In this document: piece after piece, positions 18,680-28,555 of the stretch
Numbering within the stretch: position 1 is the first letter of the stretch
How the letters are laid out: each line of letters starts with the position of its first letter
Assembly (NCBI GenBank): GCA_038108555.1
Contig: JAYNIA010000003.1
Span: 1 to 58,087, forward strand
Direction of reading: 5' to 3'
DNA: 58,087 bases
DNA from: Nitrospinota bacterium
GTDB lineage: Bacteria > Nitrospinota > Nitrospinia > Nitrospinales > VA-1
Position numbers and translations under genes: made by a program
Notes under the pieces: generated by a model
Told to the model about the DNA's origin: nothing
The model's input: the letters and a program-made list of their open reading frames with translations, nothing else
Database searches by the model: none

Positions 18680-19948
18680 TCAGGTATTGGCACGGTGGCC
18701 AATATCTTTTCTGAAATGGATTCCCTCCCATTTTATTTTTTCTACCGCTTCATAAGCTTTCGAAATTGCTTTGCAGGTATCCTCTCCGGTAGCGGTCACT
18801 CCCAATACGCGCCCGCCGCTGGTTAATACTTCATCGTCCTGTTCTTTGGTGCCTGCATGGAATACTACTACTCCAGGAAGTGCATTTGCATCTTTTAATC
18901 CGGAAATTGGTCTGCCTTTTTCATAAGACTCGGGATACCCTTTCGCGGCCATAACGACACATACGGACGACTCCTCTTTCCATTGTAGAGGACACTGGTC
19001 CAAAGTCCCATCGATACAGGCTTCAAATATTGGGACAATATCACTTTCCATTCTTACAAGCAGGGGTTGGGTTTCAGGGTCACCAAAACGGGCATTGAAT
19101 TCCAGTATCTGCGGACCTGTTTTTGTCAGCATCAGTCCCGCATAAAGGATTCCTTTATAGGGACGGCCTTCCTGTTGCATTGCACGGATCATGGGTAACA
19201 TAATTTTGTCACGGACTTTTTGCCGCATGACATCCGTAAAAACCGGCGCGGGTGAGTAAGCTCCCATGCCTCCCGTATTAGGTCCCTTGTCCCCATCGTA
19301 AGCAGCCTTATGGTCTTGCGCTGAGTCCATCAGCAAAACCGTTTGGCCATCACAGAATGCTAAAACAGAAACCTCCTGGCCATCCAAAAATTCTTCGACA
19401 ACGATTTGATCCCCCGCCTCTCCAAAAGATCTTTTACCCATGATCGATTCAACAGCTGCTAGTGCTTCATCTGCGGTTTGGCATAATAACACTCCTTTAC
19501 CAGCGGCAAGACCATCGGCTTTTACTACAAGCCGACAATTTTTACTTTTTATATATTCAGAAGCGGGCTCAGGAGAGTTGAAAGTTTTAAAATCTGCTGT
19601 TGGAAGTCCATACTTTTCCATTATTCCCTTGGAAAAAGACTTGCTTCCTTCCAATTCGGCGGCTTTGGCATTGGGCCCGAAAATTCGGAGACCTTTTTCT
19701 TCAAACCGGTCCACAATCCCCATCACCAGAGGTTGTTCGGGTCCCACCACTGTCAGTCCAATTTCTTTTTCTAGTGCAAACTTCAAAAGTCCATCAATAT
19801 CATCTGCCGCGATGGAAACGTTTTCTGCAATTTCTCCAGTGCCTGCATTTCCCGGGGCACAATAGACCTTTTCGACCTTGGGACTCTGCTTTATCTTCCA
19901 AACCAGGGCATGTTCCCGGCCTCCGCCTCCAATTACCAAAACCTGCAT
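18680..19948 (-). CDS. purD: phosphoribosylamine-glycine ligase
   Basis: GGGGREHAL, VVGPE, KADGLAAGKGV, QDHK, GPNTGGMG, EFNARFGDPE. Confidence 0.98.
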   Translation of the reverse strand: MQVLVIGGGGREHALVWKIKQSPKVEKVYCAPGNAGTGEIAENVSIAADDIDGLLKFALEKEIGLTVVGPEQPLVMGIVDRFEEKGLRIFGPNAKAAELEGSKSFSKGIMEKYGLPTADFKTFNSPEPASEYIKSKNCRLVVKADGLAAGKGVLLCQTADEALAAVESIMGKRSFGEAGDQIVVEEFLDGQEVSVLAFCDGQTVLLMDSAQDHKAAYDGDKGPNTGGMGAYSPAPVFTDVMRQKVRDKIMLPMIRAMQQEGRPYKGILYAGLMLTKTGPQILEFNARFGDPETQPLLVRMESDIVPIFEACIDGTLDQCPLQWKEESSVCVVMAAKGYPESYEKGRPISGLKDANALPGVVVFHAGTKEQDDEVLTSGGRVLGVTATGEDTCKAISKAYEAVEKIKWEGIHFRKDIGHRANT

Positions 19949-20038
19949 TTCATCTCCTTTGAATCCTTGTATTATTCCTTAGAGAATTTATATAAAATGC
20001 CAGCATGTTGCAACTCTGTTTCCATGATGATCCCTATT

Positions 20039-21121
20039 ATGCTTAAACTCGATTCAATTTCTAAATCTTTCGGAGAAAAAGCCGTCCTGAAAAACGTTTC
20101 TCTGGAAATTGAAGAAGGGGAGAGGTTTACGCTGTTGGGTCAAAGCGGTTGTGGAAAGTCCACCCTTTTACGCGTAATCGCAGGGTTCGAATCTCCGGAT
20201 CAGGGAAAGGTATTGATTGAAGGAAAGGATGTCACGATACTGCCGGTAGAAAAAAGACCGGTGGGTCTGATATTTCAAAACTATGCGTTGTTCCAGCATA
20301 TGACGGTCTATGACAATATTGCCGTCGGCCCCAGGGTAAGGAAGATCTCGGAAGTGGAAATTTCGAAACAGATTGATGAGCTTTTAGAGATCACCCATTT
20401 GAAAGAGTTAAAAAATTCCTATCCCCAGAATATCAGTGGTGGTGAAGCTCAACGTGTCGCTTTAGCAAGGGCGGTTATCAATCGACCCAAAATATTGTTA
20501 TTGGATGAACCACTTTCTGCACTCGACCCAAGCTTGCGACAATATTTACGGGAAGAACTGGTGGAAATGCAAAAGGCACTCGGAATTACTTTTTTATTTG
20601 TAACACACGATCAGGAAGAGGCCATGAGTATGGCAACAAGGATGTGCATCATGGACAAAGGCTCCATCAAACAAACCGGAACTCCTATGGAGTTATATGA
20701 AAAACCTGGATCTTATTTTGTAGCTACCTTCCTTGGGGAAATCAATTGCCTTGAGGGAACGGTGGAACAAAAAACTGGAAACATGGTTACTTTATCTCTG
20801 GGAGAAAATGGGAAAATTCAATTCCTGGGGACAACCAGTGAAACAAAAAATCAACAATGTTATATAAGGCCGGAAAAAATTTTTTTCGATTGGGGGAACC
20901 AACAAAAGGAACCTGTAAACAGTCTGCAGGGAACGCTTGTGAATGCAGATTATTTTGGAAATTACACCCGATTTAAAATAAAGCTCGCGGATGGAAAAAT
21001 CCTAAAACTTTCGCCTCAACATCGGAAAATCAAACAACCCCAACACGCGATTGGAGATTCAGTACGTGTTCTTTTTTCAGTTAACGATGTTTTCCAAATC
21101 AATGAAAATCAGATCAAATAA
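20039..21121 (+). CDS. ABC transporter ATP-binding protein (PotA/MalK-like, with TOBE-like C-terminus)
   Basis: GQSGCGKS, FQNYALF, SGGEAQR, LLDEP, VTHDQEEA. Confidence 0.92.
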   Translation: MLKLDSISKSFGEKAVLKNVSLEIEEGERFTLLGQSGCGKSTLLRVIAGFESPDQGKVLIEGKDVTILPVEKRPVGLIFQNYALFQHMTVYDNIAVGPRVRKISEVEISKQIDELLEITHLKELKNSYPQNISGGEAQRVALARAVINRPKILLLDEPLSALDPSLRQYLREELVEMQKALGITFLFVTHDQEEAMSMATRMCIMDKGSIKQTGTPMELYEKPGSYFVATFLGEINCLEGTVEQKTGNMVTLSLGENGKIQFLGTTSETKNQQCYIRPEKIFFDWGNQQKEPVNSLQGTLVNADYFGNYTRFKIKLADGKILKLSPQHRKIKQPQHAIGDSVRVLFSVNDVFQINENQIK

Positions 21122-21893
21122 TTTAAAATTCCTTTTAGCAACTCTATTACTCCTTGTCACTATTGCGGCAGGATGCACAGGGAACAGTGACCCAAACAAA
21201 AAAACTTATCTTGTTGCGACCGATGCCACCTTGGCACCGATGTCTTTTATGAGTGTTGGAAACGATATGATCGGATTTGAACCCGACCTCATTCGCGCTA
21301 TTGCTGAAAAAGCAGATATCGATATCAGACTGATTAATGTGCAGTGGGCAGGACTTTTTGGGGGATTGATTACAAACAAATTTGATATGGTGATTAGTTC
21401 TGTAACCGTTCTTGAAGAAAGAAAGCAGCGTATGGATTTCAGCATTCCCTATCTGAAAAGTGGGCTGGCGCTTGTTGTCAGAAGGGATGAGGAAAAAATA
21501 TTATCTTTTGAAGATGCCAAAACAAACAAAGCCCTGATCGGTGCGCAAGAGGGAACGACTTCCTATTATTTCCTGGAAAAGGAACCATCTATCCAAACCA
21601 AATCCTATCAAATGTATGGCCATGCTATTTCCGATTTGATCAATGGCAAGTTAGATGGTGTTCTGGGGGAAAGCTCGGGAACTTTGTACTATAGAAGCAA
21701 ACCCCTTTTCCAAAAAATTAAAATGGTAGGTGAAATTTTATCAGATGAATATTACGCAGTCGTATTTAGAAAAAATGAGGATACGCTTAAAACCAAAATT
21801 AATTCAGCAATTAAAGATTTGATTGCCGATGGTACCGTTGCTCGGCTTCACAAAAAATGGGACCTGGGCCAGGCCGCACAAGTTCCAAACTAA
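21102..21893 (+). CDS. polar amino acid ABC transporter substrate-binding lipoprotein (family 3)
   Basis: Lipobox AAGC; VATDAT..PM, GFE.DL, ERK..MDFS.PY. Confidence 0.9.
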   Translation: MKIRSNNLKFLLATLLLLVTIAAGCTGNSDPNKKTYLVATDATLAPMSFMSVGNDMIGFEPDLIRAIAEKADIDIRLINVQWAGLFGGLITNKFDMVISSVTVLEERKQRMDFSIPYLKSGLALVVRRDEEKILSFEDAKTNKALIGAQEGTTSYYFLEKEPSIQTKSYQMYGHAISDLINGKLDGVLGESSGTLYYRSKPLFQKIKMVGEILSDEYYAVVFRKNEDTLKTKINSAIKDLIADGTVARLHKKWDLGQAAQVPN

Positions 21894-21899
21894 TTATTC

Positions 21900-22673
21900 A
21901 TGGCAAATTTAAAATCAAATTCAGGAAATTTTAATTCCCAAACCTGGGCCTGGAATCTGGCTGTGTTGGTCAGCATTATTTTTTTGGTTTATTTGCCATC
22001 GAAGGAAGCCCTATCTGCCACTAGCCAATCGGGGGGTTATCAGGAGCTTTTGTCGCTATTGCCTGCCGGTGTTTTTTATACTTTGCTTGTAACCCTTTTG
22101 GGGAGTTCGGCAGCTATCCTTGTTGGCCTGCTCGTGGGTCTGGGTAAACTATCAAAAAATCCGGCCATCCGCCTTCCGGTTTCCTTTTACACGGAGGTTC
22201 TTCGCGGAATCCCCCTGCTCGTACTATTGTTTTACATTTATTATGCACTGGGAGAATTTATCCACATGCCGGCACTGGTAGCAGCCGTAGCAGGATTCGG
22301 TTTCAGTTACGGTGCCTATATGGCAGATGTTTTTCGTTCTGGGATTGAAGCCGTACCTAAAGAACAAAGTGAAGCGGCTCGAAGTCTGGGAATGGACGAA
22401 ACCCAGGCTTTAAAGAAAATTGTCCTTCCTCAATCCATGCGAACCATTGTTCCGGCAATTGGCAACCAAACCCTGGGAATGTTGAAGGATACCAGTCTCG
22501 TTTCTGTTTTAGCTATTTCAGATATTCTGCGTGTTGGTAATGAGTACGCAACCAAACATTTTAATTTTTTTGAAACCTATACATATATTGCATTAACCTA
22601 CCTTCTCCTCACCCTTTTACTTTCCCGACTGGTTCATAAGTTGGAGTTCCGGTATCGAATCGAAAAAAGTTAA
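21900..22673 (+). CDS. amino acid ABC transporter permease (HisM/GlnP type)
   Basis: LRGIPLLV, AYMADVFRSG, EAARSLG, LKDTSL. Confidence 0.92.
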   Translation: MANLKSNSGNFNSQTWAWNLAVLVSIIFLVYLPSKEALSATSQSGGYQELLSLLPAGVFYTLLVTLLGSSAAILVGLLVGLGKLSKNPAIRLPVSFYTEVLRGIPLLVLLFYIYYALGEFIHMPALVAAVAGFGFSYGAYMADVFRSGIEAVPKEQSEAARSLGMDETQALKKIVLPQSMRTIVPAIGNQTLGMLKDTSLVSVLAISDILRVGNEYATKHFNFFETYTYIALTYLLLTLLLSRLVHKLEFRYRIEKS

Positions 22674-22690
22674 AAAGGCTGGCAAAAAAA

Positions 22691-22722
22691 AACCGTGACC
22701 GGAGAAACATCCGATCACGGTT
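22691..22722. terminator. intrinsic terminator between convergent genes
   Basis: AACCGTGA.CGGA-loop-TCCG.TCACGGTT with an A-run on the left (U-tail on the minus strand). Confidence 0.7.
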
Positions 22723-22745
22723 GAGAAAAACTAAATTTTAAAACT

Positions 22746-23240
22746 CTAGCGCATGGGTTTTAATTCACAAACCTCATTCAAGGTTACAACGCGAACGGGG
22801 CCAGGAAAGTGGGACCATTGCTCCCGGTTGAGTTGATTAATTTCTTCCTCAATGGCATCGACCCCTGCCTTATCCACGACTCCCGCATAAAAAAGTTTAG
22901 CTGCTGCCCAACAATCGGCATTTCCGACCCGATCATAATGATGGTAAACATCATCTGCACCCTTAACCAAATGGCCTAGGGTATGGTTGGCACAAACATG
23001 GTTTACGGCAAATGCTCTGGCATTTGGAGAAAGACCCTCTAATTGAGCAGGATTGACTCGAATTTGAGGGGTACCCAATGTAGCAATCCCGGCTTCTGCC
23101 ATTTGTCTCGATGAAGAATCCACAACAACCTGTACTCGCATTCCATGGTAGTCGCTACAGTATAAATTTTCGATAGTCTGAGCTGCAACGGGTACTGAAA
23201 ATGCTGCAAGGAGAAAAATCACTAAAATTATTTTTTTCAT
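22746..23240 (-). CDS. secreted hypothetical protein with a degenerate metallopeptidase-like motif
   Basis: Signal peptide; F...HVCANH.LGH and ADCWA resemble HECxHxxLGH/EADC proteins. Confidence 0.7.
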   Translation of the reverse strand: MKKIILVIFLLAAFSVPVAAQTIENLYCSDYHGMRVQVVVDSSSRQMAEAGIATLGTPQIRVNPAQLEGLSPNARAFAVNHVCANHTLGHLVKGADDVYHHYDRVGNADCWAAAKLFYAGVVDKAGVDAIEEEINQLNREQWSHFPGPVRVVTLNEVCELKPMR

Positions 23241-23499
23241 AAGCCCCCTTATAATAATTAACTTGTATTCAGAAAATCACCAATTCAAACATAACTTATT
23301 GATTAATTTGAGCTTTTGTTCAGCTTAGAAAATATAATTCCACATATGGAAATTATCATTTTGTTTTGATAGATTGTCACATTATTTTATTCCAATTTCA
23401 GCTATTTTATTCATTTTTGATGAAATTTGAAGCTTCATTTCGTGACTTTTTTATACGAAAATATTATATTAAAACAGTTTTGAATTCAGGAGGGTACCA

Positions 23500-23775
23500 A
23501 TGAACTCAACAATTGATAATGAAAAAAATGTCGATATTGATGACTATTTCCTTCTAGCTGCACGGAGTTGGGATGGTCAGGCAGGTGACTATACGGCTAT
23601 TGATAGTTCGGCAACGGCTATAAAGTATTATGATAATTACCCAGATGCCGAGGAATCATTTCAAAATGGTGGGTTAACAGTATTTCCTGAATTAAAGGGA
23701 AAGGATATAAAGCTCGATCTCATTCATGTTCGCTTCGGTGTGAATCGACTCGTATTAAGCCGCATCGTGGTTTAA
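23500..23775 (+). CDS. hypothetical protein
   Basis: AGGAGG RBS; 91-aa ORF. Confidence 0.75.
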   Translation: MNSTIDNEKNVDIDDYFLLAARSWDGQAGDYTAIDSSATAIKYYDNYPDAEESFQNGGLTVFPELKGKDIKLDLIHVRFGVNRLVLSRIVV

Positions 23776-24198
23776 GTGGGTCTCCTGGTTCTGTAGGGTT
23801 TTCAATAAAAGAAAACAAATTCCTACCATAAAAATATCTTCCCCCACAGTTATATAAGTTAAGGGTCTTGCCCAAAAAACCCCGAAACAACCACAGTTTG
23901 GCACCTCAATTCCGCGGATCAAAGTTATCGTCGCCAGAAAAGTAAAACCAATGTGTAAAGCCGTAGCGGCCAGAGCCGTGAGTTTTAAACTCAAACTACG
24001 AAATAAATTTTCCGCAATTTTCAATTCAATCAAAACCATTGAAACAGCCACGGCCGGCTGTAATGAGGATGGAACAATCTGGTAGGTTTCTATCACTTTT
24101 ATAAAACCCGGAACATCCAAAAGTTTTCCTATTCCAGTTAACAGTAGAACTGAAGCAATAAAATATCGTAGCACTCGCACTAATGTTTTACTGGCCAT
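23755..24198 (-). CDS. MauE/DoxX family membrane protein
   Basis: GIGKL, TM helices, RG...NCGCFG motif. Confidence 0.85.
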   Translation of the reverse strand: MASKTLVRVLRYFIASVLLLTGIGKLLDVPGFIKVIETYQIVPSSLQPAVAVSMVLIELKIAENLFRSLSLKLTALAATALHIGFTFLATITLIRGIEVPNCGCFGVFWARPLTYITVGEDIFMVGICFLLLKTLQNQETHLNHDAA

Positions 24199-24979
24199 TC
24201 ACTGTCCAATCGTATTTAAAAAAACTAACTTCATAAGAGGAAGGAATTTTTTCTTTCCTGAATTTATTTATATATTCAAGAAGGGATGATGCCTGCTTGG
24301 GATTAACAAAATCTTCTTCGTAAAATTTTAATATTTCTGAGACTTTGACTTCTTTATTTACATGATCTACAAGAACTTTTTTTGGATTGTTCAAAAATTC
24401 CAGAGCAGCTACATTTAACTGGAAATCCAATTCTTCAGGGATAAATGGTGTGTTAGGCAGTCGGGGACAATCAACCACCATACAGTTCAGAGCAAAATGG
24501 ACGCGTGGATCGCCAATAGGTCGAATGATTTTGTTTTCGTAATCGTAAAGCGATATTTCCGTACCCCCGATATTGTATTCTGTAAATTTGAAAAAGTTGG
24601 CACGGTCAATGAGACTGTTAAAGTCCTTTGGAATTTTATGGTACACAACTCCATACATGGCCAGGGCATTGTAGGAGTTAATATAAAATGCCAACTGCTG
24701 ATTTTTTTCTTTTAGGTTTTTTGGATCTGTTTTTGAAATATAATCTACATAAAAAAGCAGGTCAGTATGATCTGAATCCAGTTTTTTAAAAGCAACTTTC
24801 CCTTCACTGTCCACAAATTTTTTAAGCGTCTTTTCCCAGGAAGGCAAACCATAAAATTCATTTTTATGGTTTTCACTTGTTATCATTAATCCCGGAGGAG
24901 AGACCTTGGTCGCACAACCGGAAACAAATAAAACCAGCGCAAAGAAAAAAGGAAAGTATCTGCAATAGGGTTTTAACAT
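24188..24979 (-). CDS. DUF547 domain lipoprotein
   Basis: Lipobox VSGC; LAFYINSYNA, DPRVHFALNC...CP.L, YDW..N. Confidence 0.9.
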   Translation of the reverse strand: MLKPYCRYFPFFFALVLFVSGCATKVSPPGLMITSENHKNEFYGLPSWEKTLKKFVDSEGKVAFKKLDSDHTDLLFYVDYISKTDPKNLKEKNQQLAFYINSYNALAMYGVVYHKIPKDFNSLIDRANFFKFTEYNIGGTEISLYDYENKIIRPIGDPRVHFALNCMVVDCPRLPNTPFIPEELDFQLNVAALEFLNNPKKVLVDHVNKEVKVSEILKFYEEDFVNPKQASSLLEYINKFRKEKIPSSYEVSFFKYDWTVNGQ

Positions 24980-26310
24980 TTTGAATTCACCAGGGGCTCC
25001 GTTTCACTGGAAACCACTTCCGGGTCCAGCTTATTAGCAAGGGGATAATAGGTTTTATTTTCTCCATCTTCGGAAAATTCTATCGGTTGTAAAATAAAAT
25101 CATCGCGGCTTGCATTATGTTTGCACATTGAAATCGGACCTTCCTTCGTCATTACCATGAAAGAACAGGCATCGGTCCTCTCAGAATCCAAATTGTCCTT
25201 GTCCATAAAGTTTTGAATGAAGAAAGAAATTTTTCTTATCCGCCCTTTTCCTGAAAGGATGTCTTTTTTCATTTTCCAAACCCTGGGCAAAAAATAATTT
25301 AATGCCCGAATTATCCATCGGGGGTGTTTGAATGCCTTCTTTAAATATGTCCATGCAATTTGTTTGGGTCTCTCCCTTCGATCATGAGTGACATCATTGA
25401 AATCCCGTAGAAAATCCGAAAACATCTTAGGGTCATCAATAATCCCAAAAGCCTTTCCGTTAGTTGCCAGGGTAGGAACATATGTATGACATTTGGGATG
25501 GCCGATCAATATAGTATCCCAGGGTAAAAAATTTCCTGCTCCCTTTGAAACTTTATTTTGAACCGATTCTAAAGTAATAGGATCAGGACGTTTATGCAAA
25601 ATGCCTCGACCCGTATCCGCCTGTAACTGAAAGGATGCCATTCCCACCACATTTGAATTATCAATGAAGAATTTGACCAGATCCGGAACTTCATGGAAAT
25701 TCGATTCGTGGACCGTGGTATTAAATACAACCAAAAGGGGAAGACCACGGGCCATTTCGATTAATTCCAGCCGCAGTTTATTGAGTTCCGCTTCCGTTTG
25801 GTAACCTTTCCTTTTTTGTGTTAAGTCCACATGGAAAGCAACATCACTTAATCCTGCACTGGAAAGCTCTTCCAACAAACTTCTTGAGCAATTTATTCCA
25901 TTGGTAAAGAGCGCCGGATGCAGCCCTATTTTTCTTGCATAACGAACAATGGCCACCAACTCATTTCTATTCCGCAGAGTAGGTTCGCCACCGCTTACCT
26001 GAACGTTGGTTCCCGGACCATAATTTTGCAGGATTACATCCAATCTTCTAAACAGTTCCTGCATGGGCAAGTCGCTGACCATTGCAGAAGATTCGGACAA
26101 GTAACATAGGGAACAATCCAGATTGCATCTCTGACTTATTTCAAGAGACACGCAACCAATGGTCCCTTTCCTTCCCAGAATTTGATTGTCCTTAAAAAAC
26201 TTCCCCATCCGTTTTCTGGTTTTTTCAAGAGCCTGTTCAATGTTGAAAGAGGTGCTTTTTCCGGCAATTTTGCCTTCTCCAGGTTCATGGGTAGTAAATA
26301 TATTTCTCAT
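24973..26310 (-). CDS. radical SAM protein
   Basis: CNLDCSLC, SGGEPTL, TNG; C-terminal QNFMD...ER..ACSF...GPISMC. Confidence 0.9.
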   Translation of the reverse strand: MRNIFTTHEPGEGKIAGKSTSFNIEQALEKTRKRMGKFFKDNQILGRKGTIGCVSLEISQRCNLDCSLCYLSESSAMVSDLPMQELFRRLDVILQNYGPGTNVQVSGGEPTLRNRNELVAIVRYARKIGLHPALFTNGINCSRSLLEELSSAGLSDVAFHVDLTQKRKGYQTEAELNKLRLELIEMARGLPLLVVFNTTVHESNFHEVPDLVKFFIDNSNVVGMASFQLQADTGRGILHKRPDPITLESVQNKVSKGAGNFLPWDTILIGHPKCHTYVPTLATNGKAFGIIDDPKMFSDFLRDFNDVTHDRRERPKQIAWTYLKKAFKHPRWIIRALNYFLPRVWKMKKDILSGKGRIRKISFFIQNFMDKDNLDSERTDACSFMVMTKEGPISMCKHNASRDDFILQPIEFSEDGENKTYYPLANKLDPEVVSSETEPLVNSKC

Positions 26311-26474
26311 TGTTTTTTCACAAGATTTTGTGGATAAATAAATACACTAAAAAATACTTCGGTATTCAGTAATACCTTTTATTCCAAGTAGTTTTAGCGA
26401 TTAAAATATTCTTTATTTAGTATTTCCATGTTGGAAAAACTAACAAAGAAATTTCATCCAAATTGAAAGAAAAA

Positions 26475-28544
26475 TTATGCAGGTTTCTTATTTTCCAAGT
26501 CTGATACCAGGGCCTTTAAACGCGCGGCCCCAGGCTGGCCGGGATTTAACCGGAGAGCCTCTTTCAAATATTTCAGTGCCTTTGGAGCATCCTTTTTAAA
26601 TTGATAATAAATCATCCCCAAACTCAAATGAATAGCAGACATTTGGGGTTTAATTTCCAGCGCTTTTTTATAATTTTCGATAGCTGCAGATACATTTTTA
26701 GTCTGCATTTGAATATTTGCCATATTCATATAGGGCAGGGCAAAAGAAGGATCAAGAGCCCCTGAAATTCGATATTCCTGCATGGCAAGGTCCAATTGGC
26801 CTTTCATCATCAATGCGTTCCCAAGACCAAAATGCGCTTTGGAATGATTGGGTTGCATCTTAAGAAACTTATTAAAATTTGCTATCGCCTCATCAAATCC
26901 ACTTAACTCCATAGACAAATAAGCAAGATTATAAAATGCCTGCTCGAAGTAAGGGTTGAATTGAATAGCTTTTCTGTAAGATTCAGCAGCCTCCCTTTTT
27001 TTGCCAATTAAATGGTAGGCCCGGGCAATATTGTAGTGGGCTGGACTATAGTCGGGTTTTTGATCCAGGGCTTTTTGAAAAAAGGGAATCGCCTCGTTAT
27101 ACTTTTTTTGTTTGCCATAAACATTACCCAGATTGTTTAACCCGAAAAAATAATTTGGATTTATTTTTAATGCCTGCTGAAATTCTTCAATCGCTTTATC
27201 ATAATTCCCCAATTTATCATGCGCTTCTCCCAAATTATTATAAGCCCTGATCAAACGGGGAGATTTATTTCTGACATCTTCCCATAAGGTAATTTCATTT
27301 TTCCAAACCACATTTCTATCCATGGCAATTAAAGAAAAAAGAACCAGAACAGATACTAAACTCAAACGCAGAACTAAGTAAGAAGATTTTTTCTCAGTCA
27401 AGCAAACTTTTTGGGCCCAGCTAAAAATAGAGGCCGCCAGCAAACTGAAGCCAACCATTGGAAGATAGGTTCTGTGTTCCATCACCGCATCCAGCAAAGG
27501 AATAAAACTGGAAGTGGGTAACAGGGTTAAAAAAATCCAGGCCAATCCAAAACCGGCGCATCGTTTTTCAATACCCCATTTTCCTTTTTTATCAAACCCA
27601 ATGGATAATCTTATCCATATCGCAATTAAAACACCCAGTGAAAAAATCCCCATCCAATTTTTAGGCTTCAACCAATCTGTAAGAATTGGAAAGTGCACAT
27701 CTAGGTTTAAATTGAATGGAAACAGGAATTTTCTAAAGTATTCAAAAGGAACAACGGCAGTTTGGGTCAGAAACCATGTTGAAGATGAAAACTCTGCCGA
27801 TGAGGCAGATAAAAACCCACCTCCAACAAATTGTTTGTAACCCACCGCTGAAAGCAGGGGGATGAATAAAAGAAAAATCCATTTAGCATTTTGCAATATC
27901 CAGTCTTTTAAATTACCTCTCCAAATAAAATAGTAATGGAATACAAAAAATGCAGCGGGAAGTGTGACTATAATTTCCTTAGATAATCCTCCCAATAATA
28001 AAAAGACGGTTGCCAAAAAAAAATATATGCGCCCCGGGTTTCCCTTCAACTTTCGCTCTTCAAATCCTTTAAAAAATAAAATCAAAGATGCCAGATAAAA
28101 AATAGTCGCCAAAACGGATGAGCGGCTTGAAATATACGTTACTGATTGCGTGCTGAGTGGATGTAGAGCAAAGACCAATGCGGATAAAAAAGGCCATGAG
28201 AAACGATTGTCATTTTTCTCATCGGAAAGATTTTTCAAATAGAAAAATATCTGCTGAACCAGTTTATAAACTAAAAGAGTCGCGAGTATGTGGAAACAGA
28301 TATTGAAGACATGGTAACTCCATACCTCAAATTTGCTTATGGCATAATTCAGGTTAAAAGAAAGAATTACCAATGGACGCTGGAATACACTGAAAATGAA
28401 TTGCGGAATTTTATCTAATCCACGAATCCAGGGTTTTTCCAATATGGAGGGTATATCGTCAAAATGAAATGAGCTGGAAATTGTATTTCCATAGACTAAT
28501 ACAATTAACAGGCTTAAAAGAAGTTTTGGGGAAAAACCATTCAT
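26475..28544 (-). CDS. TMTC-like GT-C glycosyltransferase with C-terminal TPRs
   Basis: FHFDD acidic loop after TM1, RPL, LFALHP...SV.YIS.R, SKE, EHRTYLP, then about 7 TPRs. Confidence 0.85.
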   Translation of the reverse strand: MNGFSPKLLLSLLIVLVYGNTISSSFHFDDIPSILEKPWIRGLDKIPQFIFSVFQRPLVILSFNLNYAISKFEVWSYHVFNICFHILATLLVYKLVQQIFFYLKNLSDEKNDNRFSWPFLSALVFALHPLSTQSVTYISSRSSVLATIFYLASLILFFKGFEERKLKGNPGRIYFFLATVFLLLGGLSKEIIVTLPAAFFVFHYYFIWRGNLKDWILQNAKWIFLLFIPLLSAVGYKQFVGGGFLSASSAEFSSSTWFLTQTAVVPFEYFRKFLFPFNLNLDVHFPILTDWLKPKNWMGIFSLGVLIAIWIRLSIGFDKKGKWGIEKRCAGFGLAWIFLTLLPTSSFIPLLDAVMEHRTYLPMVGFSLLAASIFSWAQKVCLTEKKSSYLVLRLSLVSVLVLFSLIAMDRNVVWKNEITLWEDVRNKSPRLIRAYNNLGEAHDKLGNYDKAIEEFQQALKINPNYFFGLNNLGNVYGKQKKYNEAIPFFQKALDQKPDYSPAHYNIARAYHLIGKKREAAESYRKAIQFNPYFEQAFYNLAYLSMELSGFDEAIANFNKFLKMQPNHSKAHFGLGNALMMKGQLDLAMQEYRISGALDPSFALPYMNMANIQMQTKNVSAAIENYKKALEIKPQMSAIHLSLGMIYYQFKKDAPKALKYLKEALRLNPGQPGAARLKALVSDLENKKPA

Positions 28545-28555
28545 AAAATTAAAAA

